IMG/VR virus record: IMGVR_UViG_2751185783_000001
Span: 32,001 to 96,000 of that record
Strand: one strand, 5' to 3'
DNA length: 64,000 nt
Origin: a virus
Lineage: Duplodnaviria > Caudoviricetes
The notes beneath the pieces are model-generated. The model was not told the DNA's origin. It ran no database searches and saw nothing but the letters and a program-made list of their open reading frames with translations. This document shows positions 1 through 8,534 of the stretch, piece by piece; the stretch's first letter is position 1; each line of letters begins with the position of its first letter. The position numbers and the translations under genes were made by a program.

Positions 1-2
1 AC

Positions 3-659
3 CAGGACGTCGCCCGCCGGCTGTATGAGGAGAGCCAGGACGCCGCCCGCCAAGCCGGTGACAAACTCCTCGAAGGCAACGCATACGCGTTCCTCGCCTA
101 CCAGCAGCTCGGCACCGACCTGCCGACCGCGGTGAAGAACGCCGACGCGTCGTGTGAGGCGGCCGGGGACACTGCGGTCGGGTCGGCCGGGGCTCTGCTC
201 AACGAGCGCCGGGCGTGGGCGCACGCCCTTGCCGGGAACGCCAAGGAGACCGCCGCGGCCCTCGACCGGGCGCGGGAGGTCATCACCCAGGGCAACGACC
301 GGCCGAACCCGGACTGGTCGGCGTGGGTCGACGACACCGAACTTCAGATCATGACCGGGCGTTGCTGGACCGAACTGAAACGGCCCCTGCGCGCGGTACC
401 AGTCCTCAAAACGGTCCTCGCCGGGTTCGATGACACCTACGCCCGGGACAAGGCCCTCTACTCGACGTGGCTGGCCGCCTCATACTTCGACGCCGGCGAG
501 ATCGAGGAATGTGCGGCAACCGCGGACCGGATCCTGGATCTGACGGCAGGAGTGGCGTCGGTGCGCCCACGACAGCAACTCGCCCCCGTGCTGATGAAGT
601 TGCAGGACCACAAGGACCTGCCGGAGGTCGCCGCGGTACTGGAGAAGGCCCGAGGCTAA
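3..659 (+). CDS. XRE-family regulator, C-terminal TPR-like region (5' truncated by window edge)
   Basis: Frame is open from position 3 (QDVARRLYEESQDAARQAGD...). Helical repeats and the RDKALYSTWLA...GEIEECA pattern are typical of actinomycete XRE-TPR regulators. Confidence 0.65.
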   Translation, partial: QDVARRLYEESQDAARQAGDKLLEGNAYAFLAYQQLGTDLPTAVKNADASCEAAGDTAVGSAGALLNERRAWAHALAGNAKETAAALDRAREVITQGNDRPNPDWSAWVDDTELQIMTGRCWTELKRPLRAVPVLKTVLAGFDDTYARDKALYSTWLAASYFDAGEIEECAATADRILDLTAGVASVRPRQQLAPVLMKLQDHKDLPEVAAVLEKARG

Positions 660-1003
660 TCCTCATGCTCGCTGTCCTGGACTGTGCGCCGTACCCAGTC
701 CAGGTAGCCGCCTGACCCGGCTGCCACTCGCAGGCCCAGCACCTCCGGGTTGGTCCACGGGTGATGTTCGATCAGTAGCTTCTCGAGTTCGTCGTACCGG
801 TCGGCGGTGGTCCGCAGGATTAGCTGCCACTCCACACCTTCGCCGGACTCGCCGGCATGCCAGAACACCGACTTCACCGGCCCTACCACCTGGGCGCCCG
901 CAGCCAGGCGTGACTTCACCGCCAGCCGGGCCAGCTCGAGCGCTCCCTGTTCGGTGCCGGTGGCGGTGCTGACCTGGATGATGTCGGTGCTGTCGGATCC
1001 CAT
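656..1003 (-). CDS. cutA: CutA divalent-cation tolerance family protein
   Basis: IQVSTATG...LARLAVKSRLAAGAQVVGPVKSVFW...EWQLILRTT...HHPWTNPEV...YLDWV. ATG at 1003 inside the longer track ORF 656..1630. Confidence 0.85.
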   Translation of the reverse strand: MGSDSTDIIQVSTATGTEQGALELARLAVKSRLAAGAQVVGPVKSVFWHAGESGEGVEWQLILRTTADRYDELEKLLIEHHPWTNPEVLGLRVAAGSGGYLDWVRRTVQDSEHED

Positions 1004-1027
1004 GGTCTCGACCTTAGTGTCGAACGG

Positions 1028-1759
1028 GTGACGGCCTACATCACCGACGGATCCGGACCGCCCATCGTCCTCATCTCCCAGCTCGATTCCAGCGCCGACA
1101 TCTGGGCGCCGCTGCTCCCGCACCTCGACGGCTTGCGCACGGTCACCTACGACCGGCCCGGCACCGGCAGTGCGCCGCCACGGCCCGCACCCAACCCGCC
1201 GATCCCGCACAGCGGCTTCGCCCGGGAGCTCGCCGGGTTGCTGCGCTGGCACGACGTCCGCGAACCGGCGATCCTTGTCGGGCATTCGTTCGGCGCGCTC
1301 ATCGCCCGCGCCTACGCTGCCACCTGGCCGGACCGGGTCGCCGGCCTGGTCATCGTCGACGGGGCCATCCCGCAGTTCCACCTGATGCCCAGCGCCGAGA
1401 AGAAGATCGACGGCGGCACCGAGATCGATGTGGTCGCCGGGCAGGCCGAAATCCTCGCCGCGCCCACCCCCACCGTGCCCGCGGCAGTCGTCGTCCGCAC
1501 CCACGGGCGCTGGGACGGGCTCGTCCAGCCGCCGCACCCCGCCGTCGAGGACGTGTGGCTCACCAGCCAACGCCTGCTCGCCCGCGACTGGAACTGCCCG
1601 CTCATCATCGCCGACAACAGCGGCCACCAATTGCAGCGGGAAGCGCCCTCACTGGTCACCTACGCCATCCGTACCGTCCGGGACGCTGTCGTGTCGGGGG
1701 AACCGGTGAAAACGGATCCGCAGGCGGCTGAGGCTGCTGGCGGACATCTCGACAGCTGA
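1028..1759 (+). CDS. Alpha/beta fold hydrolase
   Basis: YDRPGTGS, nucleophile elbow GHSFG, and catalytic His in SGH. Confidence 0.85.
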   Translation: MTAYITDGSGPPIVLISQLDSSADIWAPLLPHLDGLRTVTYDRPGTGSAPPRPAPNPPIPHSGFARELAGLLRWHDVREPAILVGHSFGALIARAYAATWPDRVAGLVIVDGAIPQFHLMPSAEKKIDGGTEIDVVAGQAEILAAPTPTVPAAVVVRTHGRWDGLVQPPHPAVEDVWLTSQRLLARDWNCPLIIADNSGHQLQREAPSLVTYAIRTVRDAVVSGEPVKTDPQAAEAAGGHLDS

Positions 1760-1768
1760 ACACGAGAC

Positions 1769-1803
1769 GGCCCGCACCCTGCGATGGGGTGCGGGCCTTT
1801 TTG
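1769..1803 (+). terminator. Rho-independent terminator
   Basis: GGCCCGCACCC-loop-GGGTGCGGGCC followed by TTTTT, just after the hydrolase stop. Confidence 0.8.
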
Positions 1804-1900
1804 CGTCGTGGCTACTTCGTCGACCAGGATCCGACGGTGTCCGCGCCCGCTACCCGCACCCTGGTACCCATCCGAAGGTCGGCAGTGGGCAGAGTGTCTC

Positions 1901-2437
1901 CTAGGGGGCATGATTGCGCAGGTACTCGGCAGCCTTCAAGAGTCGTTCGTGATTCTCTGCGAACAATCCTAGGGCCGTATTGCAGTGACGACACAATAAA
2001 GCGCGGACCTTGCCGGTCTTGTGGCAATGATCAATATCGAGGTTCTCCCCGACGGGAGGGCGTAGGCAAATTGCGCAACGATTCCCTTGGGCCTCCACCA
2101 GGGCTCTTAACTGTTCGACAGTAAGGTCATACTTCTTCAGCCGATCCAGAGTTCTGTCTCTCTTGCGTACCCGCGGTCGCCGCTCAGCAGACCCAGGCTG
2201 GCAGCGCCATCCGCCCCTATCTGATGCAGGGCGTCGACGAATCTTCGTGCCAGGTCCGCATTCTGCGCAATCCGCCAAAAGCAGTTCTGGATCAACATTG
2301 GAGAGGCGATGCTTTTTGTGTCCTTGAGGCACGAATCCATCATTGCGCACCAGTAGGTGATTCTTGAAATCCAAGACGCCCGGCCGCACCGGGCCCAACC
2401 AGGTAGCGACACATCGAGGCGTGGGACGTTCGTCCAA
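1901..2437 (-). CDS. Endonuclease VII domain protein (start uncertain)
   Basis: KYDLT...QGNRCAIC...IDHCHKTGKVRALLCRHCNTALG...AAEYL is the EndoVII signature; DNA is visibly more AT-rich than its flanks. Confidence 0.85.
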   Translation of the reverse strand: MDERPTPRCVATWLGPVRPGVLDFKNHLLVRNDGFVPQGHKKHRLSNVDPELLLADCAECGPGTKIRRRPASDRGGWRCQPGSAERRPRVRKRDRTLDRLKKYDLTVEQLRALVEAQGNRCAICLRPPVGENLDIDHCHKTGKVRALLCRHCNTALGLFAENHERLLKAAEYLRNHAP

Positions 2438-2454
2438 CTGGCGCCGTCGATCGG

Positions 2455-2856
2455 CTATTCGTCGATGACTTCCAGAGTGCGCCGGCCGCCGTCGACGTCC
2501 GCGTACCGGTCCGGGTGGCAGGTCATCACGTCCACATCCATGTGAATCGCCATCATCGCCGCCGACGCGCAGTCCGGGCGGCCCGTCAACTGCTGCAACG
2601 CCACCAGCGCATCCCAGTCGCCGCCGTCATCGACGATCAAAGCGGTCGCCGGGTGCGCCAACAGCAGGTCCAGGCGGTCCCGGTCCAGCATGCCCGTGGC
2701 GTGCCCGGCCTCGACCAGGCACCACAGCGGGATCAGGACCGCCCCGTGCTCGTCGTCGATCTCAGCGAGAGTCTCGCCGACCGCCAGCGAGCCGCGAAGC
2801 CACGACGTGATCGCGCTCGAGTCGAATACCAGCTGGACTGTCCGGGCGCCGGTCAC
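2455..2856 (-). CDS. PIN-domain (VapC-like) protein
   Basis: LVFDSSAI N-terminus, PLWCLVEA and DCASAAMMAI acidic pattern; 133 aa; GTGA-coupled to a small upstream gene. Confidence 0.55.
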   Translation of the reverse strand: MTGARTVQLVFDSSAITSWLRGSLAVGETLAEIDDEHGAVLIPLWCLVEAGHATGMLDRDRLDLLLAHPATALIVDDGGDWDALVALQQLTGRPDCASAAMMAIHMDVDVMTCHPDRYADVDGGRRTLEVIDE

Positions 2857-3032
2857 GCCGGGCGGGCCCGCAACTGCTCGAGGAACGCCGCCCGGGCCGC
2901 AGGATCGTGACGTTCCCGGGCAGCGAGCCTGCGCTGACGGGCACGGGCCTTGCCTTCCTCGGTGACGATCAGCCCCATCCGGGCATGAACCTCATCCAGG
3001 CTAAGTTTCGGCGTGCCGGTGTCCTGTTCCAT
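2853..3032 (-). CDS. Small putative antitoxin, 59 aa (not in ORF track)
   Basis: MEQDTGTPKLSLDEVHARMGLIVTEEGKARARQRRLAARERHDPAARAAFLEQLRARPA*; its stop overlaps the PIN gene start (GTGA). Confidence 0.55.
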   Translation of the reverse strand: MEQDTGTPKLSLDEVHARMGLIVTEEGKARARQRRLAARERHDPAARAAFLEQLRARPA

Positions 3033-3081
3033 GGCTCGAGGGTAGACCCGAGCGCCCGGCGGGCGGTATCAGCCGCGGGTG

Positions 3082-3402
3082 TCACAGCAGGCCGAAGTGC
3101 GAGAACACGATCCGGTGTTCATTCTCCTGGATCTCGTAGTAACAGACCACCGGGCGGCCCTCGACCAGCAGCGGGTGGCGTCGAAGCGTGAACACCCTGC
3201 ACCGCATCGGGAAGTGATCGCTGAACATGCCTTCCTGGTTCTCGAACGGCTCACAGTCGCTGCCACGGGGATTGTCCTGAAGGCTGTAGTGCCACTGTTC
3301 GACCTCGGCGAGAACCTCCGGAGAAGGCACCGGGCCGCCTGCCCATTCGCCCAGCGCCTCCTCGAAGTTCTCCAGCTTCCACTTGCCGGGCCAGTCGGAC
3401 AT
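3082..3402 (-). CDS. Putative RelE/ParE-like toxin
   Basis: 106 aa, with RBS. Helix then LQDNP, and C-terminal VVCYYEIQENEHRIVFSHFG resembling the RelE-fold strands. Downstream of a Panacea-like gene. Confidence 0.45.
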   Translation of the reverse strand: MSDWPGKWKLENFEEALGEWAGGPVPSPEVLAEVEQWHYSLQDNPRGSDCEPFENQEGMFSDHFPMRCRVFTLRRHPLLVEGRPVVCYYEIQENEHRIVFSHFGLL

Positions 3403-3423
3403 GGTGCTCCTTCGGGGATAGGG

Positions 3424-3876
3424 CTAGCCCCCCGTGCGCGCCTTACGCCGTGCAGCGAAGTCGGCCGCCTCAGCCTCGGTCGGTTTCGCCTGGCGTTCGA
3501 CGGGCCGGCGGAACCAGTCGTTGAGCCATGACCATTCGATGCGGGAATCGTCGGCGGCATTGCGGGCTAACTGCCAGGCGGTGGAGATCTGCACGAGGGA
3601 CAGCAGGTCGGCGTCACGCAGGTCCGCGTAACGGCTCAGGGCGTAGCCGATGTAGCCGAGTTGCCGGTTGTCGAGATCTTCGGGGGTCTCGTCCGGGCTG
3701 TCGTCGACGTGGACGCCGTCGGGGGTGGCGTACATCGGTTCGGCGAACAGGGGGCTTCCGGTGCCGGCCAGGTAGTGGCCTTGGGCGAAGAACAGCAGCA
3801 GGCGCAGGCGGGTGCCGGTCTGGTCGGGGCGGCGTTGCTCTATGGCGGTGATGACGGAGTTGACGCTCGTAGTCAT
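3424..3876 (-). CDS. Panacea (DUF4065/SocA-like) antitoxin, divergent
   Basis: LRLLLFFAQGHYLAGTGSPLFAEPMYATPDG matches the LQKLLYYAQG..L...G.PLF.E...AW..G pattern. ATG at 3876 inside track ORF 3424..4173. Confidence 0.65.
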   Translation of the reverse strand: MTTSVNSVITAIEQRRPDQTGTRLRLLLFFAQGHYLAGTGSPLFAEPMYATPDGVHVDDSPDETPEDLDNRQLGYIGYALSRYADLRDADLLSLVQISTAWQLARNAADDSRIEWSWLNDWFRRPVERQAKPTEAEAADFAARRKARTGG

Positions 3877-4129
3877 CGGCGCAACGTAGGACGGCCGGGA
3901 GATCAGTTGAAGACCCGGTTCCGGTGATGGATCTGGCACGCCCGGTAAGTCTGCGGCGGGCAGGGTGGTTGCCGTTGCCGGGGTCGCCGCTGAACTCGCC
4001 ACGTCACGAAACGTATCGATGCCGCTACTCAATGTGTGTCGGATCACGGACGCATCACGAAAGACCATCATCACTCCTTCTGCAAACTCGGTCGGAATAC
4101 CTCCACCAGAGAAACCGCCGTAAACCCGG

Positions 4130-5941
4130 TCACTTCGCATACACGTGACCCCAGTTGACGCCACGCCGCTCACCCAGGCCCGCCTCGATCTGCACCGGCA
4201 ACGAACCGCCTGCGGGCGCCCACGGGAAACTCAGCGCCGCCAACACGGTCTGCTCCACATCACCCGCGATACCAGCAGGAACGCTCAGGATCACCTCGTC
4301 ATGCACGACAGCCCGCAACATCGGCACCACCTCAACAGGCAGCCGCAGCAAGCCCTCCATCATGATGTCCCGCGCGCAGCCCTGACCCATCAGCGCCGGA
4401 GCCTGCGTCCACGCCCGGTCCGGGTCCACCCGCAGCGGCCGGCCGAACCCGTTGTCCAGCACCCGCCCCGCCTTGCCGTCCGCGCGGACCCGGTCCCGCC
4501 ACGCCACCAGCCCGGGGAACTGGGCACGCATCCCCGCGTCGAACTTGCGGGCCACCTGCTCCGACACCCCGGCGTTACGCACCAAACCGTTGATCGACAT
4601 GCCGTAGTTCCAGCCGTGCCCCAAAGCCTTCGCCTCATCACGGCGGCCCGGGTCACCCCAGACCCGGGTGGCCACCTCCCGGTGCAGGTCCAGGCCGGGC
4701 GCGAACATCGCCAGATACGCCGGGTCCTGCGACAGGGCCGCCAACGCCCGGGCGTCGACCTGCGACAGGTCCGCGGAGATCAGTACATGGCCGGGCTCCG
4801 ACAGGAACACCTCCCGCTCGGCGTACTTCCCGCCGCGTTTACCCATCACCGTCAGCCCGGGTTTCGTCGTCGACCAGCGCCCCGACGCCTGGAACATGCC
4901 GATCTCCGGATGCACCCGGTCACCGACGAGATACTGCTGCACCGTCTCGTAAACGGTCCGGACCCCGTTCAGCGACCCGACCAGGTCCACCAGGGCCATC
5001 ACGTCCGGACGGCCCGTGAACACGGCGGCCACCTCGGCGAGAGCGTCCTTACCGAACGACGGCTGCCCGTTCTCCGTGACCGGCAGCCGCACCCCCAGAT
5101 CGGCGAAGGCGCGCACGATCGCCGCCTTGCCTTCCGCGGTGGCGTGCGGTGACTTCGACACCCCGCCGCCCTTGCGCGCTGCGGGAAGCCCGTACCGGGC
5201 GGACAGGTCCGCGAGATGCCCGGCGCGGACGGCACGGTTCGCCGCCACCCGCCGCTCGAGTTCGGGCACATCGACCCGGAACCCGTTCATGCGGATCCGG
5301 GCGGCCACCGCGGCAACATGATGCTCCCGGCGAAGGTACGGCCCGGTCCGCAGTTGTCGTCCGAGCCGTGCGGTCAGGTCGACGTCACCGGCCAGGTAGC
5401 GCACGTACCGTTCGTCGTCCAGGGGGATCCGGTCGAAGCCGCCGTGCTGGCGGGCGAGGGCCTTCAGGTCGCCGGTCTTGGTGGCGCCGAGCAGGCGGTC
5501 GCCCATGCTGTCCAGGCTGTACTCGCGCAGGATCTGCGCCTGCTTCATGCCCGGCGCCGGCGGGTCGTTGAGGATCCCCGCCAACTTGGTGTCGAACACT
5601 CGGCCTGCGGCGGCCATGCCGAGCAGGTCGATGCTGTGGTGCAGGGCCATGGCGACCAGGTCGAAGGCGAGGACGTTGTGGCCGATGACCAGCCGTGCCC
5701 GACCGATGGCATCGGCAAGTTGGGCCGGGTCGTCGGTGATGGTGATCCGGTCGCCGGTCTGGTAGCCGCAGAGCCGGATGAACCCGGGCTGCCGGTGCCA
5801 CATCTGGTCTTCGCTGGCGGTCTCGATGTCGAGGGCGACCACACCGGGCGGCAGGGTGACGGCGCCGCGGGTGTTGAGGGTGCGGTGGTCGAGCCGGGGG
5901 TAGGGGACGTCGAACAGGGTGGGTTCTTCGACGGCTGTCAT
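4130..5941 (-). CDS. Family A DNA polymerase with 3'-5' exonuclease and no 5'-3' exonuclease
   Basis: ExoI ALDIET, ExoII GHNVLAFDL, ExoIII YLAGDV, QASGRWS, motif A DLSQVDAR, motif B KALGHGWNYG, motif C VHDE. ATG at 5941 overlaps the upstream stop (ATGA). Confidence 0.9.
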   Translation of the reverse strand: MTAVEEPTLFDVPYPRLDHRTLNTRGAVTLPPGVVALDIETASEDQMWHRQPGFIRLCGYQTGDRITITDDPAQLADAIGRARLVIGHNVLAFDLVAMALHHSIDLLGMAAAGRVFDTKLAGILNDPPAPGMKQAQILREYSLDSMGDRLLGATKTGDLKALARQHGGFDRIPLDDERYVRYLAGDVDLTARLGRQLRTGPYLRREHHVAAVAARIRMNGFRVDVPELERRVAANRAVRAGHLADLSARYGLPAARKGGGVSKSPHATAEGKAAIVRAFADLGVRLPVTENGQPSFGKDALAEVAAVFTGRPDVMALVDLVGSLNGVRTVYETVQQYLVGDRVHPEIGMFQASGRWSTTKPGLTVMGKRGGKYAEREVFLSEPGHVLISADLSQVDARALAALSQDPAYLAMFAPGLDLHREVATRVWGDPGRRDEAKALGHGWNYGMSINGLVRNAGVSEQVARKFDAGMRAQFPGLVAWRDRVRADGKAGRVLDNGFGRPLRVDPDRAWTQAPALMGQGCARDIMMEGLLRLPVEVVPMLRAVVHDEVILSVPAGIAGDVEQTVLAALSFPWAPAGGSLPVQIEAGLGERRGVNWGHVYAK

Positions 5942-6471
5942 CTGGGGCCGTGTCCCGGGTATGTCTGGCGGCAGTCGGTGCAGAGTCCGACGTCGAACCA
6001 CAGTAGGCCGAGGATCACCGAGGCGGTGTAGATCCCATCGTCTGTTGCCGGACCGGCGCAGACGTGGCCGCAGCCGTCGCAGGTTGCGCTCGCGATGGAG
6101 TTGCGCGGCGGGTACAGAAGCCCAGTGCAGGCGGCGCAAACGATCAGGCCCGGTTTCCAGGCGACCGCAAACACTGGTTTCGGGCTGTACGGCGAGGGGC
6201 TGTGGCGGCAGGTGGTGGCGGTATCGAGGAGCCACCAGACCAGGGCGTCGATCAGGGAGAGGCGGATCCAATCGGGGAGATCCTGGGGAGCCAGTGGGGT
6301 GAGCGGTGCGCCTTGCAGGGTTGAGGCGGCTTCGCCGAGTCGGCGAATTTCGTCGCCGGCGGCCTGCTGCTGGTCGGTGAACCAGGTCGGCAGGGCGTTG
6401 CGGGCCTCGGCGGCGAAGGCGGCGAGACGCGGATCGTTGAGCAGTTCATCGAAGATGACCGTGTAGTTCAT
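5938..6471 (-). CDS. Cys-rich putative Zn-binding protein
   Basis: CRH, CAAC, CDGC and CTDC motifs; GGAG RBS; coupled to the polymerase gene. Confidence 0.6.
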   Translation of the reverse strand: MNYTVIFDELLNDPRLAAFAAEARNALPTWFTDQQQAAGDEIRRLGEAASTLQGAPLTPLAPQDLPDWIRLSLIDALVWWLLDTATTCRHSPSPYSPKPVFAVAWKPGLIVCAACTGLLYPPRNSIASATCDGCGHVCAGPATDDGIYTASVILGLLWFDVGLCTDCRQTYPGHGPR

Positions 6472-6524
6472 GAGGACTCCTGCCGTCGTTTGGTACCTTT
6501 GCGGATTTTTTGATCAGTGGATCT

Positions 6525-6625
6525 CCCTGGACAGTTGGACAGTTGAAGTGCGTTTTGGAGGTCGGTCTATCGCACAGGTAAGAAGCTAGGGTCAAAAACG
6601 CTTTCAACTGTCCAACTGTCCAGGG
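6525..6625. repeat. Perfect 23-bp inverted repeat, candidate replication origin
   Basis: CCCTGGACAGTTGGACAGTTGAA (6525-6547) and its exact reverse complement (6603-6625) flank an AT-richer spacer just downstream of the helicase. Confidence 0.75.
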
Positions 6626-6630
6626 CAAGA

Positions 6631-8103
6631 TCACGGCGAGAGCGGCAGGAACCGGGTCTTCACGCACACATCCGTGTACCGGACCGTCCCGCTCTTCTCC
6701 TTCAAAAACCCGAGACGTTGCAGCTCAGAACCCAACTTCGTCTGCGTCACCGGCCGACCCCGCTGCCGGGTCACGTCCCACCACTTCGTGTACGACTCGA
6801 ACATCAGAGCCGCCGACACAGTCTCCCCGTCGACCCGCTCCAGCGCGTCCCCAGCAAACTGAGCCGCCGGAGATGCCTCGGACATGCCCGCCGCCGTCTG
6901 CCGCCGGATGGCCTCCGGCGCCTCCAACGGGCCCTTGCCTGTCCAGTGCTGAATGATCGCGTTCAGGAACCCGGACGTCTCCGCCTTCAGCTCGTCCTTG
7001 AACGACTCCCGCAGCTGGGTACGGTCGATCTCGTAATCCCAGGAGATCTCCACATACCGACGTTCCATACCGCCGTCCGCCGACCATGACGGCCGGTTGT
7101 TCGTGTCCATCTGGAACAGGATCTTCGGGGAGAACGTCACCGCTTCCTTGCCCATCGCCCGACCCTGCAACTGCCCACCACCGGTGATCTTCTTGAGCAT
7201 GCCCAGGTTGTAGGCCGCGCCCTCCTCCGGCTCGTCACAGAACACCAGCCGGGCACCCCGCATCGCCGCCAGCTCCGACCGGTACACCTCCCGGGCGTTC
7301 TTCGTACCCTTCAGAATCACCTCCACCGGCAGCTCCGTCGCATAGTCACCGGCCACCGCCGTCAACAGGCCCGCCATCGTGCTCTTGCCGTTCCCGCCCG
7401 CCGCGCCCCGGTTCACCACGAACTTCTCCATGCCCATGCCGGACAAGCCGCGCGCCCACATTTGAAGCTGGAACCGGCGTACGTCCTCGTCCGGCTGGTA
7501 GTCCTTGAACGCCTTGGCGACCTTCGGGGCTTCCTCATCCGGGTCGTACGCGCAAGCGGTCTTGGTGTTCATGTCCGTTGGCCGGGTGGCTCGGATCGAC
7601 GTCGCACCGTCAGGATGCAGCTCGATCATCCAGCCGTTGGCGGTCGGCAACAGCCACGGCGCCCCGTCGAGCGGCGGAGCGTCGAACGCAGACACTGGCG
7701 TGGCGACGCCCGGAGAACCCCGGGCGATCTTCATCGCCTGGTTCTGTTGGCTGCCACCGGAGAAACCGGTGAGTTCGACGCACTGCTCACGGCTGAGGCC
7801 CTTGGCGCTGTCGTCGAGCAATGCCCGCGTGTAGTCCTTGATCGTGGCCACCAACTCGGCCAGCACCGCCGGTTCCGCATCCGGCACCCACTTCGCGCCG
7901 TTGTGGTGCAGCCATCCCAACTCCCTGCACCACCGGAAACGGCCCTGCAAGCGGGGGATCAGTAACTCGGCGAGCTTGACCGCACCGAACGTCTCCACCG
8001 GGCGGGTGCACGATTCGCAGCCGGCACCCTTACCTTCGGCGCCGAGCGGTTCACCATGTTTGCAGGTGTAGTCGGCGCCGTACGGGATCACGCCGCCCAC
8101 CAC
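6631..8103 (-). CDS. D5/P4-family SF3 helicase (D5_N, ATPase, wHTH) with no primase domain
   Basis: GWLHHNGAKW (D5_N), Walker A GGNGKST, Walker B LVFCDE, LKKITGG, motif C DTNNRP, C-terminal ESYTKWW wHTH. Confidence 0.88.
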   Translation of the reverse strand: MVGGVIPYGADYTCKHGEPLGAEGKGAGCESCTRPVETFGAVKLAELLIPRLQGRFRWCRELGWLHHNGAKWVPDAEPAVLAELVATIKDYTRALLDDSAKGLSREQCVELTGFSGGSQQNQAMKIARGSPGVATPVSAFDAPPLDGAPWLLPTANGWMIELHPDGATSIRATRPTDMNTKTACAYDPDEEAPKVAKAFKDYQPDEDVRRFQLQMWARGLSGMGMEKFVVNRGAAGGNGKSTMAGLLTAVAGDYATELPVEVILKGTKNAREVYRSELAAMRGARLVFCDEPEEGAAYNLGMLKKITGGGQLQGRAMGKEAVTFSPKILFQMDTNNRPSWSADGGMERRYVEISWDYEIDRTQLRESFKDELKAETSGFLNAIIQHWTGKGPLEAPEAIRRQTAAGMSEASPAAQFAGDALERVDGETVSAALMFESYTKWWDVTRQRGRPVTQTKLGSELQRLGFLKEKSGTVRYTDVCVKTRFLPLSP

Positions 8104-8534
8104 AGGTCATCTTGCGGATCCTCATCCCAGGGCACCGGGCCGCCGGTGTACGCGCCGATCCGTGGGATGCGTGAGGCGGCGTCTGCGGCTTGCCGGCGGT
8201 TGAGCTTTTTGACCCCGCGCATGGTTGCTTCGGCGCTGAACGACCCGGTGTAGGTGTACATGGCGGCGATGTTCGCCAGCGCGTGTTCGTCACGCTGGCC
8301 GTCCTCGTAGCCCAGGTCGTAGCCCCAGCCCATGAAGATGCGGGTGAGCCAAGCGACCTGGTCGCGGTTGAAGGTCTCCTGGGTGAGGAGTGCGGCGGCA
8401 ACCCGTTCAGCTTTTGCTGCGGGGGTGTCCCCAGGTGGGTCTGTGTCGGTTACCGTCAAGGGAGTCTCCTGCGTAGTCGCGTACGTGGGCGTGACGAATC
8501 GGCCGGGGTGCTCGAACACCTCGGCCGTTGTCAT
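8088..8534 (-). CDS. Hypothetical protein
   Basis: Coupled ORF (ATGA) between the HTH and helicase genes. Confidence 0.55.
   Translation of the reverse strand: MTTAEVFEHPGRFVTPTYATTQETPLTVTDTDPPGDTPAAKAERVAAALLTQETFNRDQVAWLTRIFMGWGYDLGYEDGQRDEHALANIAAMYTYTGSFSAEATMRGVKKLNRRQAADAASRIPRIGAYTGGPVPWDEDPQDDLWWAA

Noticed and set aside
3990-4075. AT-richer tract with repeated TCACG(A/G)A, possible resolvase or att site
   Set aside because: No clear dyad, no partner copy found and no recombinase in the window; may simply be a promoter region.
5942-6271. Track N-terminal extension of PolA (similar extensions on DnaB, endolysin, CutA, Panacea and adaptor)
   Set aside because: Overlaps better-supported upstream genes; downstream starts with RBS or stop-start coupling were used.
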